A DNA stretch of 24,000 bases from Lactobacillus helsingborgensis (GTDB lineage: Bacteria; Bacillota; Bacilli; Lactobacillales; Lactobacillaceae). Of this stretch, positions 16,822 through 24,000 are shown piece after piece. The position numbers were made by a program, and so were the translations under genes. Where the stretch lies: assembly GCF_000970855.1 (NCBI RefSeq), contig NZ_KQ034055.1, forward strand, positions 25,633 through 49,632, in the 5' to 3' direction. The number at the start of each line of letters is the position of its first letter. The first letter of the stretch is position 1. A model generated the notes under the pieces. That model made no database searches and was not told where the DNA came from. It saw only the letters and a list, made by a program, of their open reading frames with translations.

Positions 16822-17061
16822 TTAAAAGTCCGATAAGTCTACTGGTGCAGACACTCTTCCTTTTTTTAAATTAGCAACAGATTCATCCATTACTTTTAAT
16901 GCTTTATCGGAAATATTTTTTGGTTTAACTAATTCTCTAGGCTCCAGAACTAAGCAGCCGTTGTCATATTCTTTTACGTGGTAATAGTCATATTTAGATT
17001 TACGAAGTGTAATCCGTTTTTTACTATCTGTATGAGCATTGTAATTGTTGATAACTTGCAT
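16822..17061 (-). CDS. Cognate antitoxin candidate
   Basis: 79 aa from ATG 17061 (MQVINNYNAHTDSKKRITLRKSKYDYYHVKEYDNGCLVLEPRELVKP...SAPVDLSDF). AbrB/MazE-like beta-rich N-terminus, abutting the toxin ORF. Confidence 0.55.
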   Translation of the reverse strand: MQVINNYNAHTDSKKRITLRKSKYDYYHVKEYDNGCLVLEPRELVKPKNISDKALKVMDESVANLKKGRVSAPVDLSDF

Positions 17062-17227
17062 AATATATCTTCTCCTTTTCTGTGGGATTTCCCACAGAAA
17101 GTATATCATATTAAAACAAGTAAAAAAAGAAAATTATACTCAATTGCAAGAATGGAATACGAGCAAATATATATTTAGATAGTATTGCATGCAAAAATCT
17201 ACAGACGTTTGGTTTAAATTTTAGCTA

Positions 17228-17839
17228 CTACCCAAAATCAATTGTGTCTAATATATGTTCACGTGTTTCTTGGTCTAACCCCAGGTATCGAAATGTTACT
17301 TTTTCCGATGAATGATTTAATAATTCAGACACTAGGGCAACATTGTAATGAGATTGTACATATACCCGATAAGCACCAGTTTTTCTCATGGTGTGTGTGC
17401 CAAGGTAATCAATTTGTAGTATTTCACCAACTTTATGCATTATCATGTAGAATCTACGTTCATCGATGTGCTTGTTAGGATGCGTCATTGAAGGAAATAA
17501 CCACTCACTCGTGAAAATAGTTTGCTTAGGATGTTCAGATTCGTATTTCTCAAGCCAATCATAATAATCTTCTAAATCTCGTTCAATTGGACGTAGATAT
17601 AAGATATTCCTTTTCTGAGTTTTTTTATCAATAGTATACGCATTTCTCTTAACACGACCATGATGATCGAAAACATCTTCTTTTTTAAGCCTAAGAACAT
17701 CGCTCACTCTAAGTAAAGTTGCCTTACCTACCTGAAAAATAGTGTAATTTCTTCTGCCTGTGTCAAATTTATGAAGAAGACAATCTTTTACTTGTTCTAA
17801 TACATTCGAGTCTTTAATTGGCTTAACTATCTGCTTCAT
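17228..17839 (-). CDS. Short tyrosine recombinase (FimB/FimE-sized)
   Basis: 203 aa, essentially only a catalytic domain. Box I Arg in KATLLRVSDVLRLKKEDV, HTMRKTGAYRVY (HxxR), LLNHSSEKVTFRYLG with the nucleophile Tyr. Confidence 0.75.
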   Translation of the reverse strand: MKQIVKPIKDSNVLEQVKDCLLHKFDTGRRNYTIFQVGKATLLRVSDVLRLKKEDVFDHHGRVKRNAYTIDKKTQKRNILYLRPIERDLEDYYDWLEKYESEHPKQTIFTSEWLFPSMTHPNKHIDERRFYMIMHKVGEILQIDYLGTHTMRKTGAYRVYVQSHYNVALVSELLNHSSEKVTFRYLGLDQETREHILDTIDFG

Positions 17840-17867
17840 AAGTTACTCTTTCTTTCTAAAATCCTAA

Positions 17868-17989
17868 TAGTGTTATTTTTATAAATATCTATATTATAGC
17901 ACTAGTTGTTTTTGCTAACTTATAAAAGTACTGATATAATAGCTTTTTTCACTTAATCAGCTAGTGTTATTTTTACAAAATAACACTAG
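17868..17989. repeat. Related half-sites and a perfect palindrome upstream of the short recombinase
   Basis: TAGTGTTATTTTTA occurs at 17868-17881 and 17962-17975. CTAGTGTTATTTT-tac-AAAATAACACTAG is perfect at 17961-17989. A third similar element (gcactagttgttttt) lies between them. Confidence 0.7.
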
Positions 17990-18122
17990 TAAGATTCGAA
18001 GAAAAGTAAATTAAGAGCAAAAACGCAAATTAGCATTTAAACAATTTAAATTAATAATTATCTATAACTCAAGTTGAACTTGGCCTTAGAATTGCGATCT
18101 CAGCATAAAAATAGTATAAAAA

Positions 18123-18154
18123 AACTTCAATGCTTTTAGATTCATTGAAGTTTA
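18123..18154 (-). terminator. Terminator of the MazEF-like unit
   Basis: aaacttcaatg-cttttagatt-cattgaagttt; the minus strand continues as a T tract. Confidence 0.8.
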
Positions 18155-18196
18155 ATATCAATAACTGACTTATAGAAATAATTTGGGTAAATTTAA

Positions 18197-18586
18197 TTAT
18201 TGATCTAATTCTATAATTGCATTCGCGAAATTGATCAAAGTTTCTAAATATTCCCTTTTAACGCAATTTACAACTTTTCCATGTCGGTGAACAAAATCAA
18301 AATTTTGAATTTGCCACAAGCAAACAAAGCCCTTTATTCCGTTTTGTTTGTCTGGGATCAAAATAGGATAAAATCTTTTATCATTTTTTAGCCTAGATAC
18401 AGTAGAAATCGGCATGGCCACAATCATACCTGTCTTTTTGTTATATGAAGAGTTACTGATTACTACCATATACCTTCTAATATTATTTTTTTGTGGATCA
18501 TGTCCTCCGTATTCTCTACCAGCGTGTGGTTCAGCATCTATGATTATTACGTCTCCTTGACTTGGAAAATCAAATTCTTTACTCAT
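18197..18586 (-). CDS. MazF/PemK-like endoribonuclease toxin
   Basis: 129 aa. QGDVIIIDAEPHAGREYGGHDPQKNNIRRYMVVISNSSYNKKTGMIVAMPISTV is characteristic of the PemK/MazF family. Confidence 0.85.
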   Translation of the reverse strand: MSKEFDFPSQGDVIIIDAEPHAGREYGGHDPQKNNIRRYMVVISNSSYNKKTGMIVAMPISTVSRLKNDKRFYPILIPDKQNGIKGFVCLWQIQNFDFVHRHGKVVNCVKREYLETLINFANAIIELDQ

Positions 18587-18608
18587 TTATAAAAGAACTC
18601 ACCTTATT

Positions 18609-18872
18609 TTATTCAAATCCCCAACCTTCATTTCCTACTGATTTAACTTCCGAAAGCTCAGGATTATTTACTAGTTCAGATTGAAAATCATAGTTACCAA
18701 AATCAGTATCATAAAGATTTACTTTTTTTGAGATCTTGAAGTTACTATGTTTTTGATCCTTTTCAATAGTCAATAAAGTACCTGGATTCCAATCTTCCTT
18801 CTTTCTTAGCTCTGCTGGCAAAGTAATTTGCCCTTTCTGGCTTACTTTCATGACATAACCTTGCTTTTGCAT
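18609..18872 (-). CDS. MazE/AbrB-like antitoxin
   Basis: 87 aa from ATG 18872 with SD AGGAGG. MKVSQKGQITLPAELRKKEDWNPGTLLTIEK is a SpoVT-AbrB fold. The track's longer start has no support. Confidence 0.8.
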   Translation of the reverse strand: MQKQGYVMKVSQKGQITLPAELRKKEDWNPGTLLTIEKDQKHSNFKISKKVNLYDTDFGNYDFQSELVNNPELSEVKSVGNEGWGFE

Positions 18873-19305
18873 GGCAACAAACCTCCTCTTGGTAAACCGC
18901 CTTATCTTAAGAAGTAAACGGTAAACCTGCTTACATGATACTATAAAACATTGTAAAGATAAAGTTTTTTGTTGCAAGTATAACTACTGAATAGATTTAT
19001 GCTTTTTATTACTGCATGGTAATCTATAGTGGTCATAAATAGCACTACTAATAGTTTAGCTAAAAAATTAACTAATAAGTCTTAAGTAAGCATGATAAGG
19101 CATTTCTATGCTGTTTACCACCTTCTTAGATTTTCTTCAAGTTTAAGTGAGTCCTAAAAGTTGAGTTAACTGATTTTTCTACGTTAAATTTTTAGGAAAC
19201 ATTCATTTTCATAAAGATGGAGTATTACCAATAATTTTTTAAATTTACGATAAAGTATTATTTATAACATTAATGGAACACTTTTTTTGAGAAAGGTAAA
19301 CAAGT

Positions 19306-19992
19306 ATGGAAATAAAGTTTAGTAAAAAGGGCAGAACTCTTCTTTTTTTAGGAGGTTCAGCAATGCTTATGGTTGGCGAAACTCAAAGTCATGATACCGC
19401 AATTGCTACTACTCAAAAATCAAATCTAAATAAAACTTATGAAAAAACTAATTTTAACAAGAATAAGAAAAAAAAAGTCAAACTAGTTAGAGTTAAGTAC
19501 GGAGATACAACTTGGGACATAGCTCAAAAATACGACTCTTCTGTTCAGCAAATAGTTAATGATAATAAGCTTGAGAATGGTGGAAATTTAATTCATGTTA
19601 ATGATGAATTGAAAGTACGTCCACATTCTGGCAAAAGTGTTCCAAATTCGATACAACAAAAATACGACTCTTCAAGAAGTAATTATGATAGTAGTCAGAC
19701 TGCTAATGTGAATGATTCAACTTCAATAAACATTAATAAAGAAACAAAGAGTATTTTTTTAAGTAATGAAAAAGAAGCTAAAGAATGGATCGCTCAACGA
19801 GAGTCTGGCGGTAGTTACACAGCACGCAATCCATCATCAGGCGCCTACGGCCGTTATCAGTTGACGCCAGATAAATTACAAGGTGACTATTCAGCTGCAA
19901 ATCAGGAAAGAACAGCTGATACATATGTAAAAGCGAGATATGGTTCATGGCAAAATGCCAAACAATTTTGGATGGTTCACAATTGGTATTAG
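19306..19992 (+). CDS. Secreted LysM protein with aggregation-promoting-factor (Apf)/lysozyme-like C-terminus
   Basis: N-terminal hydrophobic segment, LysM domain (VKYGDTTWDIAQKYDSSVQQIVNDNKLENGGNLIHVNDELKV), C-terminal EAKEWIAQRESGGSYTARNPSSGAYGRYQLT...YVKARYGSWQNAKQFWMVHNWY. Confidence 0.85.
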   Translation: MEIKFSKKGRTLLFLGGSAMLMVGETQSHDTAIATTQKSNLNKTYEKTNFNKNKKKKVKLVRVKYGDTTWDIAQKYDSSVQQIVNDNKLENGGNLIHVNDELKVRPHSGKSVPNSIQQKYDSSRSNYDSSQTANVNDSTSININKETKSIFLSNEKEAKEWIAQRESGGSYTARNPSSGAYGRYQLTPDKLQGDYSAANQERTADTYVKARYGSWQNAKQFWMVHNWY

Positions 19993-20026
19993 ATTTCGAA
20001 AATAGGTTGCTGTTGCAAAATCGCTA

Positions 20027-20068
20027 GCCTAGCAGTAATTTTAGTTTAAAATTACTGCTAGGCTTTGG
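20027..20068 (+). terminator. Rho-independent terminator of the LysM/Apf-like gene
   Basis: gcctagcagtaatttt-agttt-aaaattactgctaggc (16-bp perfect stem) then tttggttt. Confidence 0.85.
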
Positions 20069-20168
20069 TTTATGTTTTTTGAGTGTAACTTTTTCTTCCC
20101 ACTTTTTAAATAATGCTAAAATATTGTATAATTAGAAGTAAGTTCTTATGCAAAGAGGTTTTGATTCA

Positions 20169-21221
20169 ATGGATAGAGCTCATTATGTCAAATTAATAAA
20201 TGTAGAATTGAGACAACTTCCCTTTTATGTTCAAGAATTTTATCTAGAAAAAAATCTATCAATAACTACTAAATATCAGTATTTAACTGAAATTAGACGT
20301 TTTTTTACTTGGCTAAGACAAGAAGGAATTAGTTCGGCATCGGCAAACAAAAATGTTGAGCTTACAACGCTTGAACATCTTAAAAGAGACGATATTAAAC
20401 TATATATAGATTTTTTACGTAATAGTAGGAATAAACAAGGAAAATTTAATTCCCCTACTACGGTGAACAGGTCTATAGTTGCATTACGTTCATTGTTTCA
20501 CTATTTAACTGTCATTGCTGATAATAACAAAGGAGAACCTTATTTTTATCGAAACCCTATGGCCAAAATAGAGGCACTTCCTGCATCTAAGACATTGAAT
20601 TTCCGCGCGCATGAACTACGTTCACATATGTATCGTGGAAAGGAAAAACACGATTTTCTTAACTTCTTAGAAAACGAGTATGAAAACCACGTAAATAATT
20701 ATGTTAAAGGTCATTTTATTAAAAATAAGAAAAGAGACATTGCAATAATTGCTTTGATGTTAGGAACAGGAATTCGAGTTCAAGAAGCTGCTAATACGGA
20801 TACAAGCGATTTAGATTTAAAAAACGCAATGATAAAAGTAACCCGAAAAGGTGGTCAGAAAGACGCTGTTCCAATATCGGAATGGGTTATACCCTATGTT
20901 TCAAACTATTATAAGTCAAGAAAGGTAATATATTCTCCAGCAGCTGATAATAAGGCTCTATTTCTAGTCCGTTACAAAGATAAAGCAAAAAGAATTACTT
21001 CAAATGCTATAGAATCCTTTGTAAGTAAATATTCTGCTGCATTTGGAAAAAGGCTTACGCCACATAAACTAAGACATACTTTAGCTTCAGAATTATACGA
21101 GCAAACTAAAGATAAGGTTCTAGTTTCTCAACAATTAGGGCAACGAGGAACTACAGCAACAGATTTATATACTCATGTAGATCAGACAAAACAGAAAGAA
21201 GCATTAAATCGGACAAAATAG
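20169..21221 (+). CDS. xerS: XerS-like tyrosine recombinase
   Basis: 350 aa from ATG 20169 (the track start is 20148). LPFYVQEFYLEKNLSITTKYQYLTEIRRFFTWL, GEPYFYRNPMAKIE, RDIAIIALMLGTGIRVQEAANTD, ITRKGGQKDAVPIS-like segment, TPHKLRHTLASELYEQTKDKVLVSQQLGQRGTTATDLYTHV. It matches the streptococcal/lactococcal XerS pattern. Confidence 0.75.
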   Translation: MDRAHYVKLINVELRQLPFYVQEFYLEKNLSITTKYQYLTEIRRFFTWLRQEGISSASANKNVELTTLEHLKRDDIKLYIDFLRNSRNKQGKFNSPTTVNRSIVALRSLFHYLTVIADNNKGEPYFYRNPMAKIEALPASKTLNFRAHELRSHMYRGKEKHDFLNFLENEYENHVNNYVKGHFIKNKKRDIAIIALMLGTGIRVQEAANTDTSDLDLKNAMIKVTRKGGQKDAVPISEWVIPYVSNYYKSRKVIYSPAADNKALFLVRYKDKAKRITSNAIESFVSKYSAAFGKRLTPHKLRHTLASELYEQTKDKVLVSQQLGQRGTTATDLYTHVDQTKQKEALNRTK

Positions 21222-21540
21222 TATCTTATTTCTATTACTTAATGCCGTAAAACCGACTAAAATGCCATAACTATTATTACTACTAAATTATCTTAACAAA
21301 AAATATTTTATGTCTTTGAAAAGCAGTTCTAAAATCTAACTAAACTAAAATACAAGATACTGATTAAAAATCGGAACCGTGTACTAAAAGCTAAAAAAGC
21401 TAAGAGGGTACATTTTTATATTCTTTAATAAAAATACTTTCTGTTCACCATAGATTTGTAAAAAAACTGTTAAAACTTTTAAGTATATCATAATATTTTA
21501 TGTTGTTAAACGATATGATATGAAGAAGGAACTTAATGTA

Positions 21541-22825
21541 CTGAGCCCCAAAAGTTGGACAAACTTTTGGTTTTTTATGACTAAACTATCTAAACCGAAA
21601 AAATTGAACTTTAACAAGATTGGAAAATTAAGGGTATTTCGGTACTAACTATTGCTAGAAGAGAAAATCTAAATCCTACAGCTTTAAATTATAAAATTAA
21701 ACTAATTGATCGTAACGGCCCAGTTATTTTAGATTGTTCTCACCAAACTTATACCTAAGAATTCAAGGAAAATGCAATTAAGCATGCACTATTTGGCGCT
21801 AAATCTATTATTCAAGTATCACTATATTTGAGCTTGAGAATCTACGGTATGTTAAACTATTGGCTACGCGAATACAAAGAAAACGGGTACGATATCATTA
21901 TCAAACCCAAAGGACGAACTGCTCATAAACAAGAAAAAAGGAACTATTGCGACAGCAACTGCAACAGAAGATTCAGCATCTAGAAGAAGAGAGCTTGCAA
22001 TTGTGTATCGTCAATGCCTACAAAAAAAATAAATGCCTTGGAGCATAAAACACCCAAGAAATAATTTAGACGAATACTAAGCTAAGGTGCATCTTTAAAG
22101 TCAGCTTAGATTATATTTTTAAGACTTACCCTTATTTGCCCGCAGCATCTACTATTATGCTATTTCTCACTTGTTAAACAAAATAAGCAACCCAAATTAA
22201 CCGCTGGAATTAAAGAAGTTTATGACTATCATCAAAAACGTTATGGCTACCGACGGATTGCTCTGCAACAGATTAAAGAAGGCTAGCAAGCTAAATTAAA
22301 GTGGTCAGAAGGATTATGAATAAACTGGGTTTAAAAGCTAATAAATGAAATCGACATAAATATTCTAGTTATCGCGATACAGTGGGCAAGATTACACCCA
22401 TTTTAATTAAACCCAGCCTTCTTGCTTTAAGACCAAATATGAAGTGGTACGCCGATATTACTAAATTTTATCTTAAGGGGCAAAAGCTTTATTTGTTACC
22501 TGTCACCGATTCTAGATGGCTGAGCTGAGGAGATTGTTTTCTACTCAATTACATGGCATTACTCAAAGCGTGTCATGCAAGGAAAATTCAATGGACAACA
22601 GCTTAATAGAAAACTTCTTTGGCTTGCTTAAAATGGAAATGTTTTACGGTCAAGAATATAAGTGCCATAATCTGCAAAAACTAACTAAAGCATTCACAAA
22701 ATGCATTCGCTACTAAAACGAAGAAAGTATTAAAGAAAGACCAAAAGGCCCGATCTCGAAAGAACATCGAGCACAAGCCTTAAAGAAATGATATTAACTT
22801 TTTGTCTAAGTTTTTGGGTCCAGTA
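21541..22825 (+). mobile_element. Decayed IS3-family (IS150-group-like) insertion sequence
   Basis: Imperfect terminal inverted repeats: left ctgagccccaaaagttggacaaac, and right-end reverse complement ctggacccaaaaacttagacaaaa. Broken orfA remnant (coiled-coil ...NAY.KK..CLEHKTPKK-like) and orfB remnants (VYDYHQKRYGYRRIALQQIKE; SCKENSMDNSLIENFFGLLKMEMFYG) separated by stops and frameshifts. Confidence 0.8.
22516..22716 (+). pseudogene. 3' fragment of IS3-family orfB transposase
   Basis: 66-aa ORF carrying CKENSMDNSLIENFFGLLKMEMFYG, the catalytic-Glu (DDE) region of an IS3-type transposase. The upstream frame is interrupted. Confidence 0.75.
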
Positions 22826-22858
22826 TATAAACTAGATAGTAATTAAATCCAAAATAGG

Positions 22859-24000
22859 TCAATTTTTCTTTCTGTTTTCAAGGTGTATTTCATCGTCAAA
22901 CATATTTTTTAACCTTTGTTCAACTTTATGAGCAATAAAAACGATAGTTATATTTTGTTTTGTTAAATATTGCATAATGCTGTACATAGCATTAGAATCA
23001 ATGGCACTAGTACCCTCATCAATCAATAGAAAAGTAGAATGGTTAAATAAGCTTCTTGCTAAAACAATCTTTTGACGCTGACCACCTGAAATTTTTTCTG
23101 AGCTAATTACCGTTTCAAGTCCCATAGGTAAATCATCAATATCCTGATTTAGTTTTACATGATTACATATATGCTTAATATTGTGGTCAGATTGAGGTGA
23201 AAACATTGTAATGTTTTCACCTATAGTTGCTGGAAAAATAACCGGTTCTTGTGGTAAATAATCAATACTACTCAAATCTGGTTTTATTATTTTACCTTCG
23301 TGATTAATATAACTTATTTTTCCGCTTGTTGGATGTGTTAGCCCTTTAATAACTCTCAATAAAGTTGATTTTCCAGTACCATTGTCTCCAGTCAACAAAA
23401 CTTTTGTTCCAGGTTTAACTGTAAAATTCGGATAATTAATTACTTGCCCGTTCGAAAAAGTAACTTTCAAATTTGTCACTTGCACTCCCGTTACTACTTT
23501 ACCAGTTTGATTTTTAGTAACAACCTTTTTACATGAATCTTCCATCTTTTCTCTGAGTGGGCGAACGGATTTAATTAAACCCCAGCAGGTAGCTATATTC
23601 TTAATTGATCCAAAAAGATAAGAATCAAAATTACTTATACTAAAAATTACACCAAAGCGAATTATATTTTGTGTTACCAAAACGCTTGTTAGAATTAGCA
23701 TAATTGCATCCCCTACTAGATAAAGCAAACTACTAACATAATCAAAAATTTGGTTAACCTTATCATTACTTATATATGCTTGCTCCATATTTTGACTAGT
23801 ATCAGATAAAACTTTGAAAAATTTTTGACCAGAAAAATACTGGCGAATTTCGTTTAATCCAATTAACCATTGTCCCAAAGTTTTTAAATAATGTTCGTTT
23901 TCTTTCGACAAATTATTCATCGCTTTACTCAATGGTCTTTCAAAAAAATAAGGAGCCAAAATCTGTATGGCAACGATTAATAAGGACGTCAATAATAACA
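22859..24000 (-). CDS. ABC exporter with fused TM and ATPase domains (partial; 5' end probably beyond the window)
   Basis: TM helices then a nucleotide-binding domain: LLTGDNGTGKSTLLRVIKGL (Walker A), SYEKISGGQRQKIVLARSLF-type signature (EKISGGQRQKIVLARSLF), STFLLIDEGTSAIDSNA (Walker B), FIAHKVEQR. Confidence 0.85.
   Translation of the reverse strand, partial: LLLTSLLIVAIQILAPYFFERPLSKAMNNLSKENEHYLKTLGQWLIGLNEIRQYFSGQKFFKVLSDTSQNMEQAYISNDKVNQIFDYVSSLLYLVGDAIMLILTSVLVTQNIIRFGVIFSISNFDSYLFGSIKNIATCWGLIKSVRPLREKMEDSCKKVVTKNQTGKVVTGVQVTNLKVTFSNGQVINYPNFTVKPGTKVLLTGDNGTGKSTLLRVIKGLTHPTSGKISYINHEGKIIKPDLSSIDYLPQEPVIFPATIGENITMFSPQSDHNIKHICNHVKLNQDIDDLPMGLETVISSEKISGGQRQKIVLARSLFNHSTFLLIDEGTSAIDSNAMYSIMQYLTKQNITIVFIAHKVEQRLKNMFDDEIHLENRKKN

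Noticed and set aside
16978-17178. 66-aa plus-strand ORF over the antitoxin gene
   Set aside because: Antisense to the antitoxin candidate; no SD.
17242-17478. 78-aa plus-strand ORF over the recombinase
   Set aside because: Antisense to catalytic motifs of the tyrosine recombinase.

Overview
This is an AT-rich window that looks like a Lactobacillus chromosome (acidophilus/crispatus/helveticus-like; genus inferred from gene content only). Left to right it contains: (1) the 3' end of an accessory Sec locus (secA2, secY2 and a membrane-anchored thioredoxin-fold protein); (2) a helveticin J-like bacteriocin gene, a secreted SLAP-like protein and a second, shorter helveticin-like gene; (3) a divergent small operon with an LL-H-type holin-like protein, apparently sharing a symmetric back-to-back promoter with the second helveticin-like gene; (4) an Rgg-like regulator facing a secreted orphan protein plus a small membrane protein; (5) two tandem paralogous KAP-family P-loop NTPases, candidate phage-defence genes with a 99-nt fully identical block; (6) a RelE/ParE-like toxin-antitoxin pair, a short FimB/FimE-sized tyrosine recombinase and a MazEF-like pair; (7) a LysM/Apf-like cell-wall protein, a XerS-like recombinase, a decayed IS3-family element and a partial ABC exporter. 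The strongest regulatory observation is the perfect 26-bp palindrome at 7965-7990. Each arm supplies a TTGCTT -35, and each lies exactly 17 nt from a TATATT extended -10. The strongest candidate for an undescribed system is the tandem KAP NTPase pair. All calls come from reading the sequence; no database search was run.
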